DNA of 64,000 bases from Podarcis muralis. Lineage: Eukaryota. The position numbers and the translations under genes are program-made. The DNA lies in assembly GCF_964188315.1 (NCBI RefSeq), contig NC_135667.1:23064001-23128000 (forward strand), written 5' to 3'. The notes under the pieces were generated by a model. It was given only the letters and a program-made list of their open reading frames with translations, searched no databases and was not told the DNA's origin. Shown one piece after another: positions 49,370-62,515 of the stretch; position 1 is the first letter of the stretch; each line of letters opens with the position of its first letter.

Positions 49370-50170
49370 AGGAGTAAATTTTATTAGTATTTTCCACACA
49401 ACAACAACCCAAAAAAACCACAAAAAATACAAAACACAAAAACAAACATATGAAAAACAAATCCAAATCTTACAAATTAATAGTATAAACACTAAAAAGG
49501 AAAACAAACGTTGACTTCCACCAATCCCACAGCACCTCCTTTACCTCTCATTGTATATTCCTGTTTTCCTTATCATCTCGATCCTAGCATCTAAATATAT
49601 ATCCCTCTTTCTTATCCTTTCACTTCAGAAGGTTATTCCAGGCTCAGATTTCTGTCCTCAAACCTTGTCTTTTAAGGCATTCGTTTAGGCACTCCCATTC
49701 CTTTTTCACAACATTTTTTGGTTTTTGTCTTATTATATCTGTCAGTTTGGCTAACTCTAAGTATTCTGAAAGCTTACATAACCATTCTCCCCTAGTGGGT
49801 AACTGATTCCCTTTCCAATACTTAGCCACCAGAATTCTTGCTGCAAACATCGCATATAAGAAAAAAAATAATCTTTTGGGATATTGTCGAGAGCCAGTGT
49901 GGTGTAGTGGTTAAGAGCTGTAGTCTCGTAATCTGGGGAACCAGGTTTGCGTCTCCGCTCCTCCACATGCAGCTGCTGGGTGACCTTGGGCCAGTCACAC
50001 TTCTTTGAAGTCTCTCAGCCCCACTCACCTCACAGAGTGTTTGTTGTGGGGGAGGAAGGAAAGGAGAATGTTAGCCGCTTTGAGACTCCTTAAAGGGAGT
50101 GAAAGGCGGGATATCAAATCCAAACTCTTCTAATATTCCTAAAATGAATGCCTCTGGCCTTTACTATATG
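49370..50170 (-). mobile_element. L1-like LINE 3' fragment (E-F spacer)
   Basis: Minus-strand peptide AARILVAKYWKGNQLPTRGEW (L1/Tx1-type ORF2 C-terminus) and EAFILGI beyond the SINE; boundaries approximate. Confidence 0.72.
49889..50130 (+). mobile_element. Squam3-like SINE inserted in an L1 fragment
   Basis: Same family as the 14250 copy; L1 coding sequence resumes on both sides. Confidence 0.85.
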
Positions 50171-51519
50171 ATAGTCTTAATATTTTCTTTATTTCTTCAT
50201 GGATCTGTGATCCGTACCACCAGGAATCTTAAGAGTCCCTGCCAGCTTCATTAAACATTATATTTCCTTCAATTTTACAAAATGTTTGGAGAGAAATACT
50301 GTAGAAGAATCAATGTAAGCCTATTCTACCTTTGAAGGATATGTTGCTGCCACTTGCTACCATATCCAGTGTAAGAGTTTTCCTTTGGCGACTGCATCAC
50401 GATTTGGGCCTCTTTCATTTGCAAATGGAGCACTCAATGAGCCCAGCTCCTTCTCGGAGCTAGCAGTGTGAGGTTTGTGGAACAATGTATAAGTAGTGGG
50501 ATGATACAAAGAATTAGAACTTTAAATAGCCTATAATTCCTATGACAGATGTGGGCACAGAAAAGAATTACCTTTCCTTGAAACTAGTTTAAACTGTTTT
50601 ACAGCTGTTTCCTTTTTGTAGGAACTGTATAATTTAACACAAACAATTGAAACATGGTGGTTATACCCAGGCCCATACAGAGCTTCTTTGAGGCCCAGGG
50701 TAGGAATCTTGTTCTTGGCATGATAGCATAAGTCCGGCAGGCCCCCAGAGGGGCTCACCTGCTGGATTAGCCCTCAAGGCCTGGGGCAAGTGTACCTAGC
50801 TGCACACTACATCCTGCATGTACCTGGCAATACCTGAGCTCAGCTTCACAAATGGTCAAGCTCAGAAACAGCTTTCAGTGCTTTTTGAAAATATTGAAGA
50901 AAGCCATAGTTTGTTGCCATACAATTCTCACAGAGAGCAACACTGCTGAACAGAGTACTCCCTGCAAGACTTGCTCTATTACAATTCAAACTCTGCAGAG
51001 GCAAGAACTCCTAAGCGATAGCCGCTCCAACCTGTGGGCAGCTAGATAACCATTCTGGGCTTTTTGTTTGTTTGTTTGTTATGAAAGGGGGGGAAGGCAT
51101 GGGGCACTGCTGCATGCTTGGACTGCCTGCTAGTTGCTTTTAAAAAATGAACTTTTAAAAATTGTACTTCTGCATTGAATTTTAAGGATTTCCCTTTTTA
51201 AATACACACAGAAACAGGTGAGATGGACTTAGTCTATTCCCACTGTAATACAGGAATGGACCAGACTTCAATGAGTCTGTCCATCCCCACCCATAGGTGA
51301 GTCATAGTGTTTTTGTCATGCTTTTCTTAATGTAGATGTGGCTGAGGCGTGCCTGTTAGCCTCCTTCCTCTCATTGTACACAGTTAGCAATGTGAGGTTT
51401 GTGGGGAAATGAACAACTATGGGGGTGACCAGCAAAAATTATAATTCCTAATATACCTTGTGAGCATAAAACAATTATATTTTTTAAAAATAAAGATAAA
51501 AATGTTAAACTGCCATATA

Positions 51520-51600
51520 GCATATGTTTGTTAGAGTGTGGTACTGATAACACCAAGGTCGCAGATTCAATCCTCATACAGGACAGCTGCATATTTAGAC
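51520..51600 (+). mobile_element. Degenerate tRNA-headed SINE fragment
   Basis: GTTAGAGTGTGGTACTGATAACACCAAGGTCGCAGATTCAATCC, a tRNA-like head. Confidence 0.45.
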
Positions 51601-51914
51601 TATATTGCATGAATGCATACTTTTAATTACAAATAATAATGACAATAATAAATGGGACAAGTAACAGTTAGAAGTTAGCTGTTAAAGGATATATACCCAT
51701 CATCATTATAAAACTGAGTCTCAAATTTCCCAGCTTTTAAGGTCAGGCCTTCCAATTAATCTAAATGTGAGTGATCCATGTGTAACTTAAATCTGGTCAA
51801 GGACAAAAACAGCCTACAACTTTCTGGCTAAGCATCACTTATTACCCCTTAAAGAAAATATTGTCACTCCTAGTTGATTTGCCATTCATGATGCAACTCC
51901 AAAGGACATCAACA

Positions 51915-52130
51915 CACTTGGGAAATCGTAATTGCACACATAATTGTCAAAACTGCTGGCTTCTATCCCTTTACACAATGGATATGCAGATGGCAACAAA
52001 ATGAGCATTTGAAAAAGGACATAAAACCCTGGTGTTGTTCAGAATTGGATCTAGGCATAGGCAGAGGTCTGCCATTTTTCTTGTATGACCATTTCTCCTT
52101 TTCATCTTAGAATATGTCGCCCACTAGTTG
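51915..52130 (+). promoter_or_regulatory. Conserved upstream module of gene F
   Basis: CACTTGGGA, CATAAAACC, GGATCTAGGCATAG; E-box decayed to TAGTTG. Confidence 0.5.
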
Positions 52131-52690
52131 CTTTTGCAATTATTTTCCCACAAAAATTATAATGTGACTACCCTTTTTCTTCATCCTATGTGCATACCTA
52201 TTTAATTTGCTCTTCCCAGATACTTACTGGGCAGACCTCTTTGTCTAGATATGAATTAGTGCGCGCGCGTGCACACACACACACACACACAGCTATCCAC
52301 ACTGCTGCACCATAACTCTGCCTCACTGTAACAAACCACACATTCTTTTTTTAAAAAAAAATCATAGTTTTACGTGTTTCTTGTTAACTTAGAGGCTTTC
52401 ATATAATCAAGGAGTCTTTAAATTTTGTTAAATAAATAAATTCATTTGCACAAAATCATAGATAATTTTCAGTTATATGTTTGCTTTCTTTGCACACCAA
52501 GGAAGTATTACTGATACTTGTAGATGAACAATTTTTAATTGTCTCATCCTTGGGGGGGGGGGAGTAAATAAATAGACTACACTGTTCAGAAATATGGGGC
52601 ACATATTCCCTAAGATGTATAACATCACATTCTGTCACCAGACGCTGTGCCAAAACAGATAATAGCCACACAGAATGCTGTGGTTCAAAC

Positions 52691-53361
52691 ATGGGAATCT
52701 ATCCTGGATGGCTGATATTTTTCAATAAGATCATGTTGGTGGTGCTGCTGCTGCAGCTGGTGCTGCTGTCTCATACTGTATGCAAAACACATTCTATTAA
52801 CTGCAGCATTTTTGATGATCCTCTCCCCATTCCTCATAACTTTTACCAACCGGGTGACCTCATCATTGGGGGCATTGTTTCCCAGGTCTTCTTCAACTAC
52901 AATAATCTCTCTTTTAAGGAAGAGCCAAAACAGATCTTGATTGATGAAGCAATGTAAGCCATTATTTATTTATTTCATTGTGTAATACATTCAGATCATA
53001 ATAACAGAATATGCCGTAATGCTACACTGTGTTCCCTTAAGAATTGATTTAATCTCTAGTGTGCTAAAAGTGGCAGTTGAGCCACTTTCCTGTTCCTTCC
53101 TTAATCATTTTTTGCCTTACCTTTAGTCAGGAGGTGGTGGACTCTCCTTCCTTGGGGGTTTCTAAGCAGAGGTTGGGTGGTCATCTGTCATGGATGCTTT
53201 AGCTGGGATTCCTGCATTGCAGGGAGTTGGACTAGATGACCCCTGGGGTCCCTTCCACTTCTACAGTTCTATGATTCTATGAAACCACTAGAAGGGTTTC
53301 TCCACAAGCTCCACTAAATGAATAGATTTCCATTGTGTGTCTGCTAATTAACAAAATGGTG

Positions 53362-53400
<39 letters not shown>

Positions 53401-56400
53401 AGTTTTTGACACTTCTGTTCTTCCCTCACTTTGCTCTCATCTTTTGACTCCATGTCTGTCCCTTCTCATGCACTTTCAGAATTTTGGCATTTTAAATCAA
53501 GCTTTCAGTATGCTTTAGAAACTCCACTGTTCTTCCTTCTTCCTACTCACCCCTATGCCTGCAGTTTGTATAGTCAAGTTCTGATTTATTGTTGAAACTT
53601 AAAGCTCACTGAAGGGGGATCCTCAATCAAATCTAGCTTTCACATATTGTGAAAGTTAGAGGGTGTGTATGCTGTGGGCATTTGCAAACACTATTGTTCC
53701 CAACTGGTTTTCACCAGGGCTCTTTTTGAGCCAGAGCTCACTGGAACTCAGTTCCAGCATCTCTCTGGTGGGTGCCATTGCCATTATAAGAGGAGTTCTG
53801 GCACCTCTTTTTCTAGAAAAAATAGCACTGGTTTTCATGCTTTTAAACTAAAAGGTGCAGAAGTTAAATATCATGTGGTTTTAAAAAGAATTTTGGGAAT
53901 TGGCCTTCAGGCACCATGCACTGTGCTACGTTTGTGGGAGAATCCTAAGTCTCTACTTTGCACTTCCCACTTGTATCATATCTTATTTCATATCCTTATG
54001 GCTGTCATTGAAGGGCAAGAATGAGAGAGAAATTTAATTCAGTTCACATTTAAAGAGGAACCTAACTAGTTTGCACTTTCCAAATTAAAAACAATATGTG
54101 AACTGAAACATAGATAGTCCTCAAAATTCCTATTTACCTGCATTTTGCAGTGCAGTTCTCCAGTGAAATAATATGTACAAAAGTTCATATAAAGGGGTAA
54201 AGAGTGCATAAAAATGCATATATTAGAGAAAATAACATAAAAATGTTTTATATTAGGGAATATTGATTTGCAAACATGTAGCAAAATTGCATACTTATCA
54301 TATGATAAATTTGCACTAAAATGAGGATCAATTTTCATGAGACGTTTTGTAGATTAAAATTGCAAACTATGGAAAAGTAGAGAATGGAATTTAAGATTGG
54401 AAAAATAAGAAGCTTATTCAACCATCCCTACTGAAAAGATTAGGAAAAGGTCCCACATATATCATTCAGAGACTGATAAAACAGTTTTTTAAGCTCCAGA
54501 ATTAATCTGAAAACTCCCCCACCCCATTTTTTATGAAAGGGCTATCTATTCAGGTGCTAATTTTTCTTCAGCCTATTATCTTCTAGGGTTTTAAAGCTAC
54601 ACCTTGCTTTTGAAAGTATTCCGATGAATGTCAATGAAGTGCACTAAAACATTTTTGTTATTGCTGCTGTGTTTGTTTTATTAAACAGACTGTAACTCTG
54701 CTTACAGTTCAGTGCCTAAGAACTACCAGCACATTCTGGCCTTAGCATTTGCCGTCAAAGAGATAAATGAGAATCCCAACATCTTATCAAATATATCTCT
54801 GGGGTTCCACATCCTCAATAGCTACTTCACTGCAAGGATGACCTACAAAGCCACTCTTAGCCTCTTTTCTACACAACGTAAGTTTGTCCCCAACTTCAGG
54901 TGTCACAACCAGAACAATCTGATAGCTGTCATTGGAGCATGTTTCTCTGAAATCTCTACTAATATAGCTGTCATTTCAACAAGCAAAAAGACTCCACAGG
55001 TAAGCTGTATTTCTGGGGGTACAGGGATTTCACAATTGTGACAAACCATGTGGAATGCAGGAAAGCACTTTGCAAAGTTGCTCCTGATTTTGGTAACCAG
55101 TTGGTTAGATGCAAACTTGATAATGATACCATTGATGGGTTTACAGTTCATTACAAAACAGTACTCAAGGAGTGCTCATCAATTATTTCCCTTCAAATGG
55201 AAGGTGGTGTTGAATAGTATGTAGCAGGGCTTGGTGCTTGGTCCAGTACACTTGAAGATTCAGATTTCAGATGTTATAAAACAGAGAGATTAATAACATA
55301 TCAGAAGACAGAAATAAAGTTGAAATCTATATGTAAAGGTGGCATATGTACTGGGTTGTTGCAGTAATGGACTAGATGAGGGCCAGTAAACTGAAGCTTA
55401 ATCCAGACAAGACTGAGATGATGCTACTCGGTGGTTATTCTGTCTGGCTGTGTGGTGTACTGCCTGGTCTAGATGAGATCATACCCATTCTGAAAAAGTG
55501 GATCTAAATAAAGGTTGGTTTATGGAAAGTTGAAGTGTTGGATGTTATTAAGGAGTAAAGGTTTTGCATTAGTTTTTAAATCTGGCAGACAGAGAATTGG
55601 AAGTCTTTTTTCTTCTTTCTTTCAGTTTTTATGTTTAAAAAATGTTTGATGTTGATTTCTATATATTGTTTTTTCTCCAAGCTTTAATAAAAATAGCTTT
55701 TTTGTTTAAAAAGGTACAACATTATCTTTAGCAGGAAAATCATTTTAATTTTTATTTCAGCTTACAATAAAGTGTTTCTGCTCCTGGGTGGTTATGATGT
55801 ATGGCTGATTGATATGCCGCCCATTCTAGGGGGAGACCACACTCCCTCTGAAAGAATGGGTCCATAGTTTGGTAGTTGTCCTTGATCCATTGTTGTTACT
55901 AAAGGCTCAGTGGCCAAGGTACTGACGGGTGCCTTTGAACAGCTTTGGTTGGTGGTCCAGCTATTAAAAAAAAGCCCCATATGGCTATGGGGAACCTGGC
56001 TGCTGTTGTAGGCCAGGCACACTAATATGCCTAAGGAAGGAGTGTTGCATTACAATAAGCCCAGGTGACCAGTGTTATGATTCGACAATATAGCTATTTT
56101 CCTCATCTGAAAACAATCGCTTTAATTTTTATTTCAGCTCACTTATGGAACACTTTTGCCATCATGGGATGAGAGAATAATTTATCCTTTTTTGTCCCAT
56201 ATGGTCCCAAATGAAGCCCACCAGTACATGGGAGCTGTCCGGTTATTTCAGCATTTTGGATGGACATGGGTTGGGCTCTTGGCTGTGGACAATGACAAAG
56301 GGGAACGATTCTTACAGACAATAGTGCCCATGCTTTCTCAGAATGGCATCTGCTATGCCTTCATCATAAGATTGCCTAAATGGGGTTATGTAGATGAGTT

Positions 56401-59400
56401 GATGCAGTTGCTTGTACAGCGCTGGGAAACTTATGGAATTATTACTGAGGAAAACACCAATGTATTATTTGTATATGGAGAAAATCCATCCTTTCAAGTT
56501 TTGAGAATATTGCTGTTTCTACGACCAATTATGGAATCGCCTCCTCTGGGGAAAGTATGGATTATTACATCACACTGGGATTTTACATCACTGTCAGTTC
56601 AAAAGACATGGGACATGCAAACTTTCCATGGTTCCATATCCTTCACTGCTCACTCCAATCAGCCACCAGGTTTCCAAAATTTCATTCAGAAGATAGGACC
56701 TTCCTGGGCAAAAGGAGATGGTTTTATCCAGGACTTCTGGGAGCAGGCATTCAGCTGTACATTAAGAATGTATAAGGGGCCGGAAGAGGAGGAGATCTGT
56801 ACTGGAGAAGAAAAACTGGACAACATTACTGGAATTTTGTTTGAAATGAACATGACAGGCCACAGCTATAGTGTCTACAATGCTGTCTATGTTGTGGCAC
56901 ATGCTTTGAATGCCATGTTTGAATCTATCTCCAAACACAGAAGAAAAGTAGACGCTAGGAGAATGGTATTTCGGGATGTGCAACTACGGCAGGTAATCCC
57001 CACTAGCACCACCCACATGAGGCTAGGTTTTCATTCATAGATAAAATGAATGCTGATGAAATAAGACTACTACACCAAAATTGCTTTGTTTTGCTTTTTG
57101 TTGTTGTTATTGGCGTTTATACATACATTGTGGATAAGCAGTATGAAACTCATTACAAAACAGTAAAACCCACATATACAATAATGGAAAGAAATGCCAT
57201 CTAGATTGATGATGCCTCCACCTATACTTTAAAAGGAAAAAATGTGTATGGGCATCGTTTGTGAAGCTCATTGAAATAAATTTAAGACCTAGTTGGCCTT
57301 TTCTTCAACTTCTCTTTGTTTCTAGATCCATCAATTTTTAAGGCACACCATATTCAATAACAGTGTTGGAGAAACTGTGTGCTTTGATGAAAATGGGGAA
57401 CTAGATACTGTTTTAGATGTTACAAATTGGATAATGTTCCACAATGGCTCAGTAGTTAGAGCAAAAGTTGGAAGACTGGAACCTCATGCTCCTCCGGGCA
57501 AAGAGTTAACCATTGATGATGACCAAGTTGTATGGCATCAACACTTTAATCAGGTGAGACATAGTGGCTATTATTTGAATATATCAGAGGGGAAATGCTG
57601 TAGACCTGTGGTGCCAGCCACGGCAGAGCTCAGTGGAGGGAGAAGCCAGCCAACCAGCCAAGTCGTGGGGGGTACTTGCCTGGAGGCAGAGTCCATATAC
57701 AGTGGTACCTCTGGTTACATACGCTTCAGGTTACAGACTCCGCTAACCCAGAAATATTACCTCGGGTTAAGAACTTTGCTTCAGGATGAGAACAGAAATT
57801 GTGATCCAACGATGCGGTGGCAGCAGGAGGCCCCATTAGCTAAAGTGGTGCTTCAGGTTAAGAACAGTTTCAGGTTAAGAACGGACCTCCGGAATGAATT
57901 AAGTACTTAACCCGAGGTACCACTGTACAAGGTCCAGTCCAGTCCTAAGGACAGGAATATCCCAGTTCATGTAGTCAGACGATTCGGGGGGTCAAGAAAG
58001 CTGAGGGTTCAAAGTCACGATAAGCAAGAAGCAGCGAGATCTGGTCAAGAACAATGAATGTTGTTTCCAGCAACTGACTGAGGCTGGAAACCCTGCTTAA
58101 GAAAGCTGGAGCCATCTGGTTCTCATCAGGAGCAAGAAGGCTGATCAGCAGCAGGTGGAGTCACTTTGCTGTCTGCTCCTTCAGGTTGCTGCTCAGCAGG
58201 TAAAGCCGACTCCTGGCCCATGACAGAAAATGTCCATTAGCTCTGTTTATCATTCCACGTGATCATCACATTCTGAATTATGCTTGGTAGTATCCTTGCC
58301 AACCTTTTTTTAAAAAGCAAGCCGACAAACCATCAAACAAACACCCTATAGTTCTTTCCCATCTTTCTAAAGAAGCAATAGTGATACTGCATTTGTCTAA
58401 TTCATATGCATTAGTCTGTGGTTCTGAGGGACCTCACAGTTTATTTCTGATTTCATTTTTTTTCTCTTTTAATAAAGGGATAATTAACGGAAATGGCACA
58501 AAGTCATGACACTTAATTACTGCTTCAAAACCTGCTGCAAGTTAATTGCTATACTTTTTAAAACATTGCATTGCAACCCATCTTTATTCCTTTAAATTAT
58601 ACATTTAAAACATTGCATTGCAATCCATCTTTATTCCTGTACGAGGGCAGCAATTCTTTTTCAGTGGATCACTTCTCTTCATAACCAATGTGTTTAATGA
58701 AATTTAATTATGGTTCTCTAGGGAGAGAACAGCTTTGTGTAGGTTTAGACTAGATGAATTTACTTTATTTTGTATCAAATCATTTATGTAGAAAAGAAAC
58801 TATATCAGTTTCTGCAATCTAAAGATTGCCTCATCTTTCAGATGAAATTTCCTTCCAAACTGAAGTTGGGAGAAATTTGCTATCATCTCTAATGTCATAA
58901 TTTAATGTCAATACCCACTATTTGAAGTTCTACCATTCCATTAAAAAAAACATTCTTTTTTTGCTAACATCTGTTATGTTTCTATGTAGGTGCTACCCCT
59001 TTCTATATGTAATAAGAACTGCTATCCTGGCTTCAATAGGAGAAAGAAGGAGGGAGCGAAATTTTGCTGTTATGATTGTGTTCCGTGTCCAGAAGGGATG
59101 TTCTCTAACCAAAAGGGTAAGAGACATAATTTCCATAAGACAATATTATTTATTTCTAGAAGCCTCATACCTGATTTTGCTCAGGAATTCCAAGTAACAA
59201 AAAATCAATGCAGTTTTGATAGTTTCAGTCCAATGTCTTACTTCAAAATGGCATCCAACCAGAGACAAAACCCATTTTCTTGATCTCAGGAACCATTATG
59301 TTAAATGTGGTTATGATATCTTAAAATACACAGCAAAAAACCCAAAAAAACATCCTGCTAAAAATGTAGATTTATTTATTTGGAGAATATGTTTCCAGTT

Positions 59401-60779
59401 AATGTATATGAAAGTAGTTTTTAAAAATAATTTTAAAAAATGAATTAGACATTTTGTAAACATTATTAAAAAGGCCAGTTGGCAAAAAAACAAAAACCTG
59501 TAACAGCACAAAAGGGTGTATTCTCACTAGATTATAGAATTGACTTCTTAAATACAGTGGTACATTGGTTCTTGAACTTAATCCATTCCGGGATTCCGTT
59601 CAAGTCCCGAAACTGTTCAAAAATGAAGGAGTGGCTAGGAGTTTCCTGCACTCAAGCGGAAGCCATGTCGGATGCTCAGCTTCCTAAAAACATTCGCAGA
59701 CCAGAACACTTACTTCTGGGGTTGCAGCGTTTGGGAGCCTATTTGTTCGGCAACTAAGCCATTCAGGAACCAAGGTTCCAATGTATATGTTGGTAAATAA
59801 ATGGAAATACTTACAACTACTCTAGCTTTTTGTTTCTTTTCTCAGCCATAGTGTATTGAAATATTCTCTTCTTTCAGACATGGATAGCTGTGTCAAATGT
59901 CCAGAAGACCAGTATCCCAACAAGGACCAAACTGAGTGTATTCCCAAGTTTCTAAGCTACCTCTCTTACAAAGAAGATTTAGGGATTGCCTTAACTAGCT
60001 TGGCTATTTCTCTCTCTTTCATCACAATTTCAGTGCTCTTAATTTTTATTAAGCACAGGGAAACCCCCATAGTCAAGGCCAACAACCGGACCCTCACCTA
60101 CATCCTCCTCATCTCTCTCCTTCTTTGCTTCCTCTGCTCTTTTCTGTTCATTGGGAATCCTGGAAGAGTGACCTGCCTTCTACAACAAACTGCTTTTGGC
60201 ATTGTTTTCTCCGTGGCTCTTTCCTCTGTGTTGGCAAAGACAATCACTGTAGTTCTGGCATTCATGGCAACCAAACCAGCGGCCAATATGAGGAAATGGG
60301 TGGGGAAAGGTGTAGCAAATTCTATTGTTCTTTGTTGTTCCTTCACTCAGACTGGTATTTGCACTCTTTGGTTAAGTACTTTCCCTCCATTCCCTGATAC
60401 AGACATGCACTCATTGCATGGAAAAATCATACTGCAGTGTAATGAGAATTCAGCTACCATGTTTTACTGTGTCTTGGGCTATATGGGTTCCCTGGCCATA
60501 ATCAGTTTCATTGTAGCTTTTCTTGCCAGGAAGTTACCTGACAGCTTCAATGAGGCCAAGTTCATCACTTTCAGCATGTTGGTGTTTTGCAGTGTGTGGT
60601 TATCTTTTGTCCCAACCTACCTGAGCACCAAAGGAAAATACATGGTAGCTGTGGAGATTTTCTCCATCTTATCATCCAGTGCAGGATTACTGGTTGGTAT
60701 CTTTTTCCCTAAATGTTACATCATTGTGCTGAGGCCAGAGTTGAACAGCAGACAGCACATCATAAGGAAAACCAAGTGA
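52691..60779 (+). CDS. Vmn2r: V2R gene F, complete: join(52691-52953,54708-54999,56138-56992,57326-57553,58990-59116,59878-60779), 888 aa
   Basis: Canonical exons, 2667 bp open frame, same family motifs. See finding on the duplicated exon-3 acceptor. Confidence 0.91.
53120..53282 (+). mobile_element. CR1 3' end
   Basis: TTGGACTAGATGACCC..TTCTATGATTCTATGA; a similar short tail lies at about 16288-16340. Confidence 0.75.
53715..53830. mobile_element. Small hAT-type MITE (gene F intron 1)
   Basis: Imperfect TIR CAGGGCTCTTTTT / AAAAATAGCACTG; 8-bp flanks GTTTTCAC and GTTTTCAT. Confidence 0.65.
54030..54432. mobile_element. Degenerate non-autonomous DNA-transposon-like repeat
   Basis: Resembles an interspersed lizard repeat ending CCATCCCTA, recalled rather than searched; boundaries approximate. 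Confidence 0.35.
57596..58225 (-). mobile_element. Probable solo LTR in intron 4 of gene F, interrupted by a MITE
   Basis: TG...CA ends (TGTCATGGG on the minus strand); candidate TSD GAAA at 57592-57595 and 58226-58229. Confidence 0.55.
57700..57925. mobile_element. Tc1/mariner-type MITE, 226 bp
   Basis: TIR CAGTGGTACCTC...GAGGTACCACTG, TA TSD on both sides. Confidence 0.88.
59555..59783. mobile_element. Second mariner-type MITE family (intron 5 of gene F)
   Basis: TA-flanked, imperfect 16-bp TIR (CAGTGGTACATTGGTT vs CATTGGAACCTTGGTT). Confidence 0.72.
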
Positions 60780-61395
60780 AAGTCATGTCTTTATTTTATA
60801 TTTATATTTAGAGAGAGAGTGCAAGAGCAAAGGAAAATATTTTTGTGAGGGGAACCTAGCACAGTCTTATGTGGTTTTGCTATTTGATTCACCTTGCATC
60901 TGCCTGCATTGTGTGCTATCATGAAGGTAAGCTCAGGATATGGTTGAATCTAACAGCTCCTTCCAAGATAAGAGAGGTCCAATACACCTCCCTACCTTCC
61001 TCTGTGGCTATTAGGAAACATGGAGGCAATACTAGAATAGTGGAGTCTTTCCTCACCATGTATCATTGACTTCCTGTCATCCCTGACAGAAGAGGTTGGC
61101 AAGCTTTATTATACTTTGTATCTCCTTTATTTTAGAAACATAGGGAAATGAAGTGTTAAGGAATACAGTTAATGAGTTAATTATCCATGAATCAGCAAAG
61201 ATTACTCTTTCCCCACAATGCACATGCAAAAATATTGTGACTCTCTTACCTATGTTTCTATGAGGATTTGGAAAGCAATTTTGTGTATAAAATGACTTAG
61301 TTAAAAAATGCTGTGTGTGTCGTGGTAGGTGGTTGCATGAATTGTTGATGGCTATCTGTGGAAACTGTGGATTCAAATGGGGGAAAGGTTTGGAA

Positions 61396-61548
61396 ATAAT
61401 AATATAATAATAATTTATTATTTATACTCGGCCCATCTGGCTCAGTTTCCCCAGCCACTCTGGGTAAATCCCAGCAGAATATTAAAAACACGATAAAACA
61501 TCAAACCTTAAAAAAGTTCCCTAAACAGGGTTGCCTTCAGCAAGCTCT
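61396..61548 (-). mobile_element. L2 3' tail, same family as 42359-46423
   Basis: Reverse complement CCCAGAGTGGCTGGGGAAAC..CAGATGGG..TATAAATAATAAATTATT. Confidence 0.8.
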
Positions 61549-62282
61549 ATCATTTGCAGGACTTTGAACTTAGGACTTGGGTGTGGATTTTAACACAGCA
61601 AAGACTTTGAAGCATAGAATCATCTATGGCCTCAGTGAGAGCAAATTATTTGGACAATCTGTAAATAGTGTGTGTATGCATAGTGGTATATGTTGGTCTT
61701 GTAGAGACAACTCTGCTAAATAGTTGTTTTCTGTGGTGAATTTAACCACTTGCCTGAGTTTCCCTGCTGGATAGATGCAACAGAAAGAGAGCCCAAGCAA
61801 GCATATTTTATCTTTAAAAGAGCCTGTGCTACTACAGGCTACTCCCTCTTGGCCAACAACATGAATTTTTACCATCACGGTAGGTGACTGCAAAGAAGTT
61901 TGAACCACATTGGAATTCAAATCCCTTTGGATTGCAAAAGGTATCAGCCAGTTGCCAATACCCCCCTTGAGGGAGGGGAGTGGTGGTGAGGACCGTGTGG
62001 GCAGCTACAAGCATTTTTGGAGGATGCAGATTATTTAAATCCATTCCAATCTGGGTTCAGGCCTGGCCATGGTTGCCTTGGTCATTCTGATGGATGGCCT
62101 ATGCAGAGAGCAGGACAGGGGAAGTGCAAACTTACTACTGCATTTTGATCTCTTGTCAGCATTTGTTACCATTGATGATGGGGCCTGGGGTATACAAGAT
62201 TGGGTAGAGGAGCTATACACAATGCTTACAAAACTCCTAGTAGTTTTTGTCAAGCATGATTCAACTTCAAACGACATCATCC

Positions 62283-62505
62283 CTCTTGGGAAACTGTAAT
62301 CACAGCTATCTTTCTCAAAATCACTGGTCTCAATTCTCTTAACACGATAGACAGAGAGACGTCATTAGCAAGCTCCACAACCAAAATATAAAAAAAGATA
62401 TAAAACCTTGTGTTTTTGAGAATTGGATCCAGGCATAGGTAGGAGTGTATCATTCTCTGTTAGGTCTGTTCCCCTTTTATGTGCAGGTATGTTTTCCACC
62501 AGCTG
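62283..62505 (+). promoter_or_regulatory. Conserved upstream module of gene G
   Basis: CTCTTGGGA, GATATAAAACC, GGATCCAGGCATAG, CAGCTG only 10 bp before the ATG. Confidence 0.5.
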
Positions 62506-62515
62506 ATTCTGAAAC

